DNA of 64,000 nucleotides. It comes from Podarcis cretensis (Eukaryota). Positions 1 to 14,694 of the stretch are shown here, piece by piece. The notes beneath the pieces were generated by a model that was not told where the DNA came from, searched no databases, and saw nothing but the letters and a program-made list of their open reading frames with translations. Location: contig OX638156.1 of NCBI GenBank assembly GCA_951804945.1, positions 40,486,001 to 40,550,000 of the forward strand, written 5' to 3'. Both the position numbers and the translations under genes were made by a program. The stretch's first letter is position 1. Every line of letters begins with the position of its first letter.

Positions 1-391
1 TGCCCTTGACCCAAAGTGTGAAAGAATCTCTGTTTTAGAAAGCCTATGGAAACATGGGTGTGACAATTTTGCCAGCATGACCCACACTAAGAGCAAGAAA
101 TGGAAAGGGAAGAATATATCTGGTGTAGGTGGGTTTCCATGAGGCAAGACACAGCGATAACAGCAAGAACCTTTATTGACCTACATAACTGTGGAAACAG
201 GAGCAAAGCAACTGCTTATAAAGTGAAGCAGGCCTGTGCTGTTCCTTGAGAGTGCTGAGAAAGAGAGTTCCTCAATGGAGCTATGATAGCTATTGACTAT
301 TGGAAAACCTGGGGTTTTAATAATATTTTTAGTCAATGCCTCCTAGTAGAGAAGGAAGAGGCTGCAAAACTGGGGAAGTCCTTAGTGATGC

Positions 392-394
392 TGT

Positions 395-432
<38 letters not shown>
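392..432. repeat. (TG)n microsatellite
   Basis: Direct reading. Confidence 0.95.
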
Positions 433-433
<1 letters not shown>

Positions 434-543
434 GAAATACTTTTGAAAGCACTGTAGTAAAGGCAGGGGGGAAGGAGGTATAAAACTGCCACTAGCAAGA
501 GCAGGACTGTGCCAGATGTTTCCAGTTGCCTTTTTACCTGTAG

Positions 544-709
544 GTCATATTTGAATTCATCCCTCAACATCTGGACACCACAGAATCATTTTGGACTTTC
601 TTAATCCCTGAACACAACCTTTCTGTCCCATTCCTCTTGGTTGGTCACACCACGGACCCTGCTGTGTCTCTGGAAAGATCCCACCTGAACTTCCGCTCGC
701 TCCTTATTG
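544..709 (+). CDS. HYDIN: HYDIN coding exon (1st in window): VIFEFIPQ...RSLLI(G)
   Basis: tgtag| acceptor, |gtaagg donor, 166 nt, phase 0->1. Confidence 0.93.
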
Positions 710-3700
710 GTAAGGACAGACATGAGAGGCAGCGGGGGTGGGGGGAGAGATCTGTCCATTTCAGTTTCTTATTTTCCCAGTCTGAATATCTATTTGCCAT
801 ATTTCACACAATTTGTATAAACGTATGGTGCAATCTAATCATTCTGCAATTTGATCTTAAAACAAATATTCATAAAAATTCTTTAGTATTTTGGTGCACA
901 AAGAAATCAACTTTGCAAGGTAAGAACCAAATGGTCTTTCCCTTTAAAATATCCATTTTTGTTTTGTTTTTTTAATTTTTTTATTATTATTATCAATAAT
1001 AATAATAATAATAATAATAATAATTTATTTATACCCCGCCCATCTGGCTGGGTTTCCCCAGCCACTCTGGGTGGCTTCCAACAAAACACTAAAATACAAT
1101 AACCTATTAAACATTAAAAGCTTCCCTAAACATATAGTTGAAAAACTGCATTGGCACTGCAAAATTCGAGACATGTGAATTTTAAAGGATAAATGTGTTT
1201 CATTTTGTGTAAGTTTTTATTGGGGAAAAATACATTTTACTCTTAGACAGTAAAGATTCTGAGTAAATATAATTGGGAAGGCGGTGAGTTCTCTCTAGCA
1301 AACTGACTCAAAACCTAGCATTCCACTGCTATTCTTCTCTCCCTAAGGACACGAGGCTCGTGAGAGCATTGACATTATCAACAATGAGAATGAGACCTAC
1401 AATTTTTCCTTCAGAGAAGGCTCTCGTTTTTCAGAGGGGCGAATCAGCTGTCTAAAACTGCAGCCCATGGAAGGCTCAATCCCACCTCATTCCAGGTAAA
1501 AGAGGATGTGGAGCTAGATGACAAGTGCCCTGAATGGCACATTCTTGGTACTCAGGGTGTCCCTGTTGATTGGGAACGAGCCAGACATTCCCTTCATAAG
1601 ATTCTTGTGTTTCTGGTCCCATGGCATTATCTGTAAAGCACTTGTTCTTTGGCCCCTTTCTCCCCTGCAGCTTCACATTCTGCATTGCAGGGAAGGATTT
1701 TGGCTACAGGCTTAGCACAAAGCATGCATTGATATACATGCAAATTTCCGCAGTTTTATGGGGGGGTTAACTGGTCTTGAAAAGCCCTCAGTGCTGAAAG
1801 GGCTCAGCATCCTACAGGATGCAGTTATCCTTGTGACTAGTTTTCTCAGTGCAACCAACCCCAACCAAATGTGTGGTGTTTTCTCACCAGGCTTCCTATT
1901 GGCATCTTATTCATGCCTAACCTGGAGGGGGAGGTAAACTTCAACTTGATCTGTGATGTCAAAAGAAAGAGCCAGCCCCTCTGTTTGAACATCAAAGCCA
2001 CTGGCCACACCATGAATGTGTCTGTGAAGTGTCAGGAAAGTAGCGGTTTGCTTACTGAGCTGGACCCTGACCAGCCACACCGGATCAGCTTTCAAGAGGT
2101 GAGAGCCCAGGATTATCTTATCGCTACTTGACTCCAACAAGCATCAACAATTTGCAGAATTTTCCATACTGATGGCTTGAGAAACAGTGTCTTTAACAGC
2201 AAGCTGTGTTGATGGAAACATCCCCAAGCAGATCGGCTAGGCCGATCCCTAAGCATCAGCATTGTGGATTCATTTGTAGGAAAGGTAGGGTCACAAACTG
2301 AGAGGTCCTTGCAGAAATGTACTCTGATGCTCTTTGGCAATGCTCCAGGTGGTGACAAATTCCCTTCTCTCTCCCACTTCAGAAGGCTCGTATTATGCAT
2401 GCAACGAGAAAAAAATCAAACTGAGCTCAGTGGAGCTTAGACCCTAGTGCAGAGGTGGGGCACGGGTGCCATTGGACTCTTAACACCTGAATGGCTTGGG
2501 TTACTGACACGATCACCCGTGACTGCCTTCTCCCACTTCATGGAGCCTGTTTGGCCCCCTGGTATACTACAGAGCTTAGGGCAAGGAAACAAGCTGGGAG
2601 ACATCTTGAACGCAAGTGGAGGAAAGATCTGAATGAATGCAACTGAACACTGGTAAGGGCTCATTATCAAGCCTACCTAGTGGTTGTGAAGGCAGCAAAG
2701 AAAGCATACTTTGCTGCCTCCATTGCACCCTCATTATGTCCTCCTGCAGAGCTTTTCCAGGTTGTACAGGGCCTTTTACAGGCTGGCCCAAAGGAGGTTG
2801 GAGAACCAACGGTAGCTCGCTGTGACTTGTTTGCAAAGCATTTTGAAGATAAAATCACTTGCATCGACCAAGACCTTGGCTCTGCTGTTATAGCAGATGA
2901 ATCTCATGGGATGTCCAGAGCACTGTCTAGTCCTGTTGTGTTGGATGAGTTTCAGTTGGTAAGGTTTGAGGATGTGGACAAGGTGCTCGGATCAGTCAGG
3001 GCAGCCACTTGCACTCTAGATCCTTGCTCCTCTTGGCTGATAAAAACCAACAGGGAGAGAACTGTTGGCTGGACCAGGAAGGTGATCAATGCCTCTTTAT
3101 GAGAGGGGGTGGTCCCTGCCTGTTTGAAGGAGGCAATGGTAAAACCATTCCTTAAGAAACCTTCCCTGGATTCGGAAAACCTAACTACCGGCCAGTTGCT
3201 AATCTCCCTTTCCTGAACAAGGTTCTGGAGCGAGTGGTTGCAGACCAGCTTCAGGCACATTTGGAAAAAAACTGATTTTCTGGATCCATTCCAATTGGGG
3301 TTTAGGCCCGATTTTGGCACAGAAACTTCTTTGGATGCCCTGTATGATGACCTCTATCCAGAGAGACACAAGGGAAACATGTCCCTGTTAATTATTCTTG
3401 ACCTCTCAGCAGCTTTTGATACCATCGACCATGGTATCCTTCTGGAGTGACTATCCAAACTAGGGGTGGATGGCACCACTTTGTGGGTGGCACCACTAGC
3501 TCAAAGGAAGACAAGCCTATAACAAGCAGTAGCTCTGCAACAGTATTAATGCTGCATCTTCTCTTTGCTCTGGACAGATGCAAGTCAGTGATTATGCTCA
3601 GTGCCATTTCTATATTCTGAATACTGGCAAATTTAACTTCAACTTCTCATGGGAACTTGACCTTGCCAAAGCAGTGCAGCAATATTTTGCCATCTCTCCA

Positions 3701-5729
3701 AATAACGAAGTAGTAGAAGCAGGGGATCGGACAGAGGTCCTGCTGTCCTTCCACCCGCTGAAGCCATGCACCTTAAAAGATGTGGAGCTGAAGCTGCAGG
3801 TAAGGAAGACCCAGGGTCGGTGGTGGTGGGTTTCTTCTGTTGTCTGACGAGAAGGTTTCAAATCACCCACTTAATAGTTACACCAAGGATATAAAAAAAT
3901 AAAGCTTAGAACTCCCAGCACAATCAGATATTGTCTTAAAAATAAAATTAGCCAAGTATATATTAGTCTGACAACTAATCTGACCAGTTCTGAGGCAGCC
4001 TCTCTCTGTGCTCACAGATCAGCCATGGACCAACATTTACTTGTTTGCTGGAAGGCTCAGCTGTGAATCCCAGCATCCATTTCTCCCTCACCAAAGTAGA
4101 GTTTGGAAGCTGCTTCATCTACCAAGGTGGAATGACCGTTTCCAAACGAATCCTGACTGTCACGAATAAGGATGCCAAGGATGCAAGGTAAGCTGGACCA
4201 ATGATGTGCCTCGCAGACACAGAGCACCATGCCAGATGTGCAGGAGGTAAATTCAGGTGCACAGCTCCAGCAGTGGTGTGATGTTGGGCTACAGGCAGGG
4301 CAAAGAGCTAGCAGGGTGGAGGGCAAAAGGTGGGAGAATCAGAACCAAGAATCACAGGCAGGAAGCTCAAATTGACCATTGCTCAGGCAAAGTCCCATGC
4401 CTGCCTTGGGAATTTATATAGCCCCATCAGCAAAGGGCAAATCAATATGCTACCTAGATCAGCGGACTCTCCTTAAGATGCATCACAGCCCTGTCAACCT
4501 TTCAATCTGCAGCATCTGTTGGGGTTGCAATTAGAAGATCTCCAGCTGCTTAGATGGGCTTTTTCGGATGAGCTAGCTGGTATCATTAGTAGTCCCAACC
4601 TCCATTTTCTGCCTCACTTGTTGAAGGCAATTTTGGAAAGTATAAACCTCACCCCTGATGTGGTAGTTGACAAATGTGTGATGCCCCATTTGCACAGGCA
4701 CATTAGCAGTCAGGAAGGGATGAATGTGTGACACAACACTTTGGATCATGTCTTCTCTCTCTTTGCCTGCTCCAACTCTGCCCTGCGAGGGGCCCCTTGT
4801 GTTCTAGTGCCTTGCCTCAACATTGTCAGTGGAGGCAACAGCATTGGTTTGTCAAAAGCCCAAAGCACTGTGCATCTCTCCACTGAGAGCAGCTATTAGC
4901 CCAAGAAAAAATGCACATAGCAGAAGCACAGAGAGTTGGAACAGACATTAGAGCTGATCACTGTATGGAGAGAGAGAGGGGTGGGGTGGGGGGGGAGAGG
5001 GAGATTGTGGAGGCTGTGAGAGGGTAAAAAGGAGAGCAGTGAAGTTCAACCCCTGTCACACTCATTTGCTTTTTGAAAATGTAGCTTAATAATTCCAAAT
5101 AAGTGGCATGGGTTAAATCAGTGGCATGACACAGGGCAGTTGATACAGAATTAATTTGTTTTACCATCTATATTGGCAATCCTGCTACTTTTAGCTGTCA
5201 GTGATACAGATATTATAACCAGAAAGCAAATAATACAGTATACAAATAATTATAACCCCAAGTTAAATAATGCAATAAAATGATGAGGCAGGTTAATAAA
5301 TAATTAAGTAAACGATTAAGTAAAAAGTTAACTGGGTAGGCAGATCAGCATAGATCATATCAGTCACATGTAAATCAATTAAAATGTGCTGTAAAAAGTA
5401 TAAATTGTCACATTGTATACATAAAGATTAACCTAAACCTTAAATATAAATTTCTTCTGAGCAACATATAGAACTCTTACAAAACAGGAGAAGAGTTATA
5501 ACCTGGCACTCCTTGATATGTATTCCAAAAATCCTTTTTTTCAGTCATATTTGAGGTCCACAAGTCAACCTGTTGGAAAGCTGCTCATCTTTCAGAGTCA
5601 GAGGCACCTTTTTGGAGAAAGAATCTTTCTGTTTCAAAATGTGGTATCAGTTCCACCTAAGTATAGAACCTAGTAGGGGCTTAGGCAGGCTTTGTGGCTG
5701 GAGAGAATGACCACCACTTTGTAAGGTTG

Positions 5730-5776
<47 letters not shown>

Positions 5777-8700
5777 TTTTATTTATGATAGTCTCTTCTG
5801 CCTCTTCATAGCCTGGAATGCTTGTTCACCAACACAGCTTACCTCGAGGTTGGTTTCCATGCTGAAGTGCTGGGTGCTGGAGGAAAGGCAGAGATTCCAA
5901 TCACCTTCTATCCCCGAGAGGCCATTTCCTACCATGAGGTCATCACCTTTGAAATCAATGGGGTCTTGCAGCGTAATATTGAGGTCTTCGGGAAGGGCAT
6001 TGAGATGAAGGTGAGACTGAGTGAGTGTCCTGGACCTCTGGGCTCCACAGCCAGAGAGGCCAAATTAAGACTTCAGCTTTTGTGCCTCTTATAAGATGCA
6101 GCTCAAATATGTTATTCTTTAGGCAAGTGGGATGTTTTTCTAGGAGCTGTATCTTATTTATCTTTATTGAATTGGCTTCCTTCAGCCTTGCATTTGTTGA
6201 GTTTCTGCAGTCAAATCTAAGTTGAAGGCAAGGAAAAGATTCTCCAAACGAGCAGAGGCTGCTTCTCAATTTTTACATTGAGATAGAACAGTTAGCGCTG
6301 ACATGGTCATTAACTGAGGTGTGCAGAGTGGGGCAGAACCTACTAAGTTCTTGCAAATATACAGTGACATGAAAGTGGTTGCAGACAGGGTAGGAGCAAA
6401 GCAACATGGTTAGAACTCTTGAAAGTCTCCTCCCTCGGCTGAATATGAGATTGTTGAATTAGGCATTTCTGAAACAACATTGCATCGCAGTCAGGGATAT
6501 CCAAAGCTCACAATGGAAGGAGGATAGAAGTTCACGACAGGGATGGGGATCATCTGTGCCCCAACTCCCAGCAGCCAGCAGGACCAGTGCGCAAGGACTG
6601 CGGGAGCTGTTGCCCAGTACGTTCTCCACCTCTGCTTGGTGACGCGCTAGGCCAGAGGGAAATGGTGAGGAGTTTGACTTTCCACCACTGAAGGAAATCT
6701 GGAGATCTTGGAAGGAGACAGGGAGACTGAGGCATCCGAAAGGAGCACCAGCAGCTTCTTCAGGGCAATCCAGACATCATGAAGGCACAAAAATTTTGAG
6801 TTTTTTCTGCTTTCAGCATAATCGCTCACCTGCTGTTTTTTCCTAAAAGACAATGTTGTTTTCTCATCCTTGAGCCTTTCATGCACTCTCCTGGTATCAT
6901 TTTGTCTTCACGTCTCATTGTTATATGGACCCTTCATCACACTAGCCTGTGCCATTTTCTTACCTGTTTTTCCTGCTCCATTTCAGTTGTCCCCACTGTG
7001 TGTTTTCTTTGCCCACAGATAGAGGTTACAGAACCTCACAACAAAGTGCTGAAATTTGGAGCTGTCCCTCCAGGGCACAGTGTGAAGAAGATGGTGACAA
7101 TAGTGAACCGCAGTGTCACTTTTGTCACCTTCAACCTAAATTTCATGTACTCTGCATCAGAGTTGCAGGAACAGAAGGTAAGGGTCGTCCCCCCCCCCTT
7201 TCCTGCCATGGGACCCCCTGCACCACTGGTCATTCTAACATAAGGGATTGTGTTCTTAATACTGTGATGCATTTCTAATTTCAGTGGCTTAAACATAACT
7301 CCCCCCCCCTTTGTAGGATTGCATATGCAAAATCACTGAGAAAGAATTCAGATTAATAAGTAAGGCTACAATCCATTATTAGCTCAGAAAAGTTAAGACT
7401 TGGATATTGTTCATCTGACTCTGTTTTGAGTGAAGAAAGAAATGCTATTGCATAGCAGAATCATTAACCAAAAATGTCTTACCAGTCAAATTTGGCTTCT
7501 GGTACACTGCCAAAGCTAAACCAGGCATATGCTCACCAAAGAGGGCCCTCCCAAACATAATGTATTTTCTGGCTTTCCTCTCCTTTTGACAACACATGGG
7601 AAGCCTGGAGGGCTTTTGTAGTTGGTTACCTTAGGAGGGGAGAACTCTGGCAAAACTTGGATTCTGCTCCAGTTTGGGCACTTTGAACTGGGTTTGAACA
7701 ACTTCAGGTATATTTTATGCAGACTAATGTTATAACTTATTTTTTTCTTCAACTGCACTCCTGTGAAATTATGACTGGTTCTATTAGCCTTGTGATCTAA
7801 ATGGAACCTCCATGTTCAAGCAGTACCATATGCTGGTGGAATGCAAGGAAAATGAGAAATATGAGTGGTTTGGTTATTTCTAAAAATGGTTGGCTAGAAG
7901 ACCAGCCTGGTCTCTACTGGGGCAATTGAATTGCTTCCCATTTATCTGGCAGGACCTTTAACAACTGCATAGGGAGAAATACGAAGCACTGTCTGTCCTA
8001 CCTAGTAAGGGTGTCAAAGTTTATAATTGAGATGTTTGTTTGGATATCACATTTCACAGTTCTGAAAATTCATACCCATTTTAGATAGAATCCATCTCCC
8101 CTCTGAAGTTCAGCCCAGTGTTGACCCTCCTTGACACAACTGCCTCCAATCCAAGATCACCAAATGGCTATGTTTGCATCAGGAAGATTCCATTGGTCCT
8201 TTAGACTTTGGATATAGCTATAGCAGTATCCTAGGCATAAGGGCCCCTGGGAGCTTTAGTTCCCAAAGATGTCCCAGTAGCATCATCAGGATCCATGGGA
8301 GCTACTTTCCCCAGTTCCAGAGGGGTAGCCATGCTAGATAGTTGCAGTGAAAAGAACAAAGAGTATTGTGTAATCTTCAAGACTGACACATTTATTATGG
8401 CTTAAGCTGAGGTGAACTACAGTCCACTTCATCAGATGTGTGAAGTGTTATCCTGAGTTACAGGTACAGTATATGTTTGACATGTGGAGGAAGTGCAGGG
8501 AGGTTAGAGGGAAATGAATTACAGAAAAGCACAGACAATTAACAGTTGTTGAAAAGACAGCCTAGTGTTCCATAAAGTATGTAGTATCCATGGATCCTGA
8601 TGGGTCTACTAGGGCACTAAGAGCCATGGAACTACATCTCCCATGAATCTTTGCACTGGGAATAAGGTTAAGTCCTCCTAATTGCAACATTTTGCAAGTG

Positions 8701-11700
8701 AGTTTGGAAAAAAGTGAAGCATTGAGGTGGGGATTCCAGGCCTGTTTATCAGGAGCATGAGAGGGTGTTACCTCAGAATGGGACCCAAGTTTAATTTGTT
8801 TGAGGTAGGTCCATTCTAAATCAATCCAGGAAGAGCTTGCCCTTCACTAATTACGTATTCATGGTGCAAAAGCCATACATATGCCTGTTATGCAGCTGTT
8901 CTGCCAGTGAAAAAAGTGGCAACCTTAGCCACCAAACCTACCAGACTTGCTGGAGAAAAGCAGCCCCTTGGAGTTATCTGGGGCAATGTCTGGTCCAGGA
9001 AGTGTTCAGACCCATCTCTCTTTGACAGGTTCTTTCCATGACTCCATGCAATGAAATAACCCTGAAGCCCAAAGAAGGCACATGCCACGTGGAGTTGACT
9101 TTTGCCCCGAAGAGCCGCATCCTGCCATTCAAAGAGGAGGTCCTGCTTGAGTGCCACGGGATCCTGCGCTCCCTCTTCGTGGTGCAAGGCTGCAGCCAGG
9201 GCATCGAAGTCAGTCTGGACCAGGATCATGTCCCTTTTGGAGCAGTGGTGCTACGGAGCCAGGCTTCCCGCCGCATCATGATGCAGAACACAGGAGACAT
9301 CGGTGTGGGGTAAACAAAGAAAGTCCTTCTGGCTGAGTTTCCCTCCCCACCCCACCCCGCCCCACCCCACTCCACCATCCTTTATGCTCCACAAGGCTGG
9401 TCTTCCTCCCTTCAAGTCCTGTCTTAAGTGACCATTCACTTGTTCCAGAGGTGTCAAAGGCAAAACAAAGCAGAGAGGAAACAGGACAGTAAATCCATGT
9501 CCACTGGGCCAGCTGCAGCTGGTAAAAACTTTTGCATGTTTTTGAGTAACCCAGGATTCTGTTAGGGGAATGGCACTCACCTGAGTCTCCTTCCAATCCT
9601 GTTATCCTTCCCCCATCACCTCCCACTGTCTTTGTCACTAGGGGGTTGTGGCTGCATAAGCTCCTTTTTAGTAATTCCTCTCTGTAGCCCTACCATGGAG
9701 CACCAACCATCTTCAGAAGGGCTAATCCAAAATGTGTGTTTTCCCAACCCCAATGGAGGCATTTCTAATAGATTGTGTCTATTACAATACCTCTAATTCC
9801 CTGCATGGCAGCAACTCTCAGCACTAGAGATCAGCAATATGCAGCCAGTGGGTTTGGTCTTCAGCCTCCCAGGTCAGCCTCCTGTCTTTCTCTTCCAAAT
9901 GTGCCTCTTGAAATGGCTCAAGAAAGGAAGCATGGAGGAAACGAGAGCAAAGGGGCTTTCTGGGTTGTCCTCCACCCTCCTGCTGAAATGCTTCTTTTTC
10001 TTTTCGTGAAAAGATTTAAATGGGACGCCAAGCGCTTCAAGCCAGACTTCTCCATTAGGCCAGTGGAAGGCTACATTTCCCCAGGAACGGACGTCTTCTT
10101 TGAAGTGACTTTCCACCCCTGTGAGCAGAGCCAGGACATCTGCTATGAGAACCTTCAGTGTCACATCCAAGGCAGAGAACCGCTCACGCTCATGCTCACC
10201 GGATGCTGTGTGGGAGTCCCCCAGGTCAAAGAGGTACAAGACCTCCTCAACAGGACTGTTTTCGTGGGATGGCAGGTCTCACATGTGACTAGTCTGTGGA
10301 ACACTCTCTGCAGCTGTATTTGCATATTTGGGCAGAGGATTAATGTGTTTGGATCAGGCTTGGATGTGAAACCTCTGAGATTTGCACTCTCTGAACTACC
10401 ATGCAAAAATACAGTTATCCTTCCATCCCCCTCCCCCCCCCCCCTATTTGGCCATGTCCCAGCACTCTCCTTTTAGTTGTTCTTTTCTGTTTATTAAAAA
10501 ATAAAGGTCACATGTGACCACCCTTGCCACAATAACCTGCAACATACACTTTTTATTTGGGAAAACTGTTTGTATACAACCTACAGAGGCCTTTCAGTAG
10601 GTATAGCTCAGGCATAGGCAAACTCGGCCCTCCAGATGTTTTGGGAATACAATTCCCATTATATCTGACCACTGGTCCTGTTAGCTAGGGGTGATGGGAG
10701 TTGTAGTCCCAAAACATCTGGAGGGCATAGTTGATGGCCAGGGGTAATGGAAATTGTAGCAGTATTTGGAGGACACCATGTTGTTGCTATCCCTGAATTA
10801 CCAAATAAGGAGTAATACAGATGTAGCAACTCAAATGTCTTCAAAATGTTCCCCAGTGATAAAATACCAGTTGCAAATGTTTTTGTGCTTGGGGGAAGAT
10901 GTGCTTTGTGGGCTCTTGAGCTCTAAGCTAGCCTTCCCCAACTGGGTGCCCTCTAGATCCTGTTGGACTACAACTCACATCAGCTTTCGACTTCTGGCTC
11001 TACTGACTACAGCTGATTGGAGGTAGAGTCCAGGAACATCTGAGGGCCCAAGGTTAAGTGACTCCAGACTATGAAGGACTGGCAACAACCCCACCACCTC
11101 CAGTCCCACCCATTTATTTTTTCTTTGAGACGGTGCACTGGAACTCTTGCTTCCCCAGTGTAATTCCCATCTTCAGTCAACTGCCCTGAAGAACTTTTTC
11201 CTCTTTGTGAAGGGAAATTATTTAGCAAGGTGAAATTCAGGAAATCAGTACCGAAACAGCTCTGAAGAAAAGGAGGCTTGGACAGCCTGGTTTTGAATGT
11301 GCTAAAACCACCCGGAACATGTTCAGAATTCAAGTGTGTTGACCATATAGGGAAAAACTATGACACACTCCGTCCCCTCCTTTCACTCTTCAGGTGGTGA
11401 ATTTCACATGTCAGGTGCGGGCAAAGCACACACAGACCATTATGTTATCCAACAAGACCAACCAAGCTTGGACCCTGCGGCCAATCATCGAAGGGGAGCA
11501 ATGGAAGGGTCCAGAGTTCATTAGGGTAGAAGCCCACCAGCAAAACAAGCCATATGAAGTCACCTATAAACCCCTTGCCATGAATTCAGACAACAAGAAG
11601 GACCAGGTATTTCACAACAAAGGGCAAAGATGCCGAGGGGAGGGGGCAGAGAGGATATTTTGGGTCTCAGATCAGAATTGCTAGGGAATTGGTCTAGATT

Positions 11701-14652
11701 TGCGGGCTTCTGTCTATGGAGATTTGCTATTGGCAGCCCAAAGTTTCCATGTATCTTTATCAACCAATTGTTTTAAAATAATTATTTTAAAGTAATTATT
11801 AAAAAGAAATATTTTATTTATTGCATTTATATCACACATTACTTCTCCAAGGAGCTCAGGGTAGCGTATTTGGTTCTCTCCTTCCTTATTTAATCCTCGC
11901 AACAGTCGTTTGAAGTGGGTCAGGCTGAGAGGCAGTGACTGGCCTAAGGTCACCCAGTGAGTTTCATGGCCATGGATTACAATTTTTTTTGGAAAAAAAA
12001 ATAAAGATAAAATAACATTAAACTAAAAGAACACTAAAACTAAGAGTTGGATCCAATGCTAGTCATACTCAATTAATGGATCTGACTAACTTTGGTTCAT
12101 TACTTTAGGTGAGCTAAAAGTATTTTAGCTGTAGAAGCACCTCTGCAGCTTCATTTGATGCTCTGCTATGTTGCATTGAGCATGGTGGGCTTACTCTAGA
12201 GAGTGGCATTTCCAGGGGAAGGCAGCTGTTTTGTTTTTCTGTTGCAAATGCCAAGTGACCTAAGAACCATCTTCTTTTCCTAGTGTCTTTCAAAGCAACC
12301 ACATTTCACAGGGGAAATCTGGTCATGCCATGTCTGTATCTTGAGGTTCTCATTTCTCCTCTTGCCTGTTAGGGGTCCATCTTCTTCCCCCTCCCGGATG
12401 GGACGGGGCTGCTGTACCTCTTGCAAGGCACCGCAGAGCCTCCAAAGTCTGCTGGGAACATCATAAGAGAAGTTCCATGCAAAACATTCTACACAGAACT
12501 TCTTCCCATCTCCAATTGGCTAAACAAGCCACAAAGGTAAATGGGACGGGGTGTGTGTGTCATAGGGTTGGGACTGGCAGTGTCTGTTCCATCCAGTGCC
12601 AAGCAGGATTCTACAGTTCAAGGTGTGCCTTGGCATCCATTGTCAGTAACCTGTTTCAGGCCATGGTCCCTGAATTCTTCAGACCTCTTGCCTTTCTCAG
12701 CCCTCCCAGGCTGAGTTTTCCCCAGGCTCTCTCTGCACTTCCAGTGGCTGAGAGTTGCACTCTGTTGGGTGAGCTTTGGTTGCAGTCCAAGGAAAGCCTT
12801 GAGACTTCTGCAGTGACCAGTGGTGAGCTTCATGCAGACTATGACTTATTCCCACAGCATGAAGTGGGAAGGAAGGAAGGAAGGAAGGAAGGAAGGAAGG
12901 AAGGAAGGAACTACAGTTAGGCATACCTCAAAAACCTGGGCAGCACCGGTGAAGGATGCAGCAGATAGGCTAGTCTGTGGTCTAGGTCTTGCAGTTTGGT
13001 TGCACTGTGTGGCACAATAATTTTCACTTTGTTACATCCTCCTCCTCCTAAGTCCAGGGCAACAATATAGCTCTGAGTGAGTCTCCACCTGTCTTTCTTC
13101 TATTTTATGTGAGGAAATTGCAGTACATCCCAGAGCTCCCAGCAGTTGCTTTTCTTAACCTTAGACACTTTGAGGTCCACATAAAATGAACATTGTTTCC
13201 ATAGAGGTGGTTCTGAGCACCCCCAAATGTTGCTCAGACTCTTCCTACCCCCTAACCACACCAGTTTCATGCCTGATGATGATATATCTAAGCAGAAATA
13301 TATTGAAGGACCATGAAATGTGTGAGATTGATGGTCCAGCAGATAGATAAACAAGATAATAATTTCCGAAATCGAGATAAAGGGAAGTCGATCAATGTCA
13401 TCAAAGTTGTATGTATTTCATGTTTTTTTTGTTTGTTTTTTTCTCTTTTTCTGTTTTTTTCTTTTTCATTTTGTCTTTTGTATGTTTGTGAAATATATTT
13501 ATGTCAAAATTTAATAAAAAATTTTAAAAAAAGAGATTGATGGTCCAGCTGTGCAATGAAATGTGACTCTTTTGAGTCAGGTTGGTGAGCCCTCATCAAG
13601 ACTATACTGCTTGTGATGGGCCACAGGAGCAAAATGAATATATTCCTTTCACAATTGCAGTGGGGGGGGGGTGTTTCTCCAGTGCTTCTCCAAGTTGGAA
13701 GTCAACACCTTGCCCCCAAATGGACTTTCAGCCTCCTTTCATCTTTTCCTTCTCTGTTACTTTCTGTGGTCACATCAATCAAATCCCACCTTTGAATATT
13801 GCTCCAGCAAATCCATATTATATTTCTCTGCCAATAAAACCCAAACTAAAGACTTAGGGTGTTATGGAATCAGACAAGAATCTTGGGTATAGGGCAGAAT
13901 ACAAATTTCAGTAGTAGTAGTAGTAGTAGTAATGGCTGCCCTGTGCCTTTAACACCAGCTTAATCTGTAGAAACAAGCAAGAGAAACTTTTCACATCATT
14001 GGAATAAATATGATTTCCTGCTAAATGTCTGCATACCTAGCCCTGCCCATGACCCAGTTGAAGAGGCTAAGCTATTTATTTTTTTAACTTGCTTGAATAA
14101 AAGTTGAAAAGCTGCGAATTATACAGAAGACAGTTATTTGCTTGTGGGTGTTTTTCTTCAGTGGATAAAGCCGGGGAGAAAGTGGCCTCCCTTTGTCTGC
14201 ACAGCCACAGCCAACATTCCACATCTAGTCCCTGTGGAGCATTTAGAGGGTGAATGTGGTGACTCTCCTTCCTCTGACAGATTCCGTGTGACAGTGGATA
14301 TGCTGAAGCCTGAAAGGCTGGAATTGACCACCACACTGAAGACCCTGGACTATGTGGATGTGCCTACTGCTGCCAAGAAGGACCACAAGCTCACCTTCTT
14401 CTCTTACAGGGAAGGCATGTACAGTGCCAAGGTAAATACCCAGCCCTTCTGAGGGTGCCTGAAGTAGAAGGATCCCTCCCATTCATAAGGACCACATCAG
14501 TGGAGGTTTAAGGACAGTCTGCTCAGCAGAGCATTTGGGGATGCAGCTAATCCATCATCAGCCCCTTTCTGGGCTGCAGGGATTTCCATACAAGAGGCTG
14601 TTCTGCAGGTTTTTTAAAGGCATTTTGTATCAAATGGGTGAAGGGCAGCTCA

Positions 14653-14694
<42 letters not shown>

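Noticed and set aside
4270-4672. Possible reverse-oriented solo LTR (tttatatag core, ends TGACA)
   Set aside because: No clear second terminus or TSD; too weak to call.
9775-10476. Long ORF-track entries (also 23466..24071, 46936..47502, 17849..18403, 43420..43950) as separate genes
   Set aside because: They are real exons read through into introns, off-frame overlaps, repeat-derived, or chance ORFs with no recognisable protein features.
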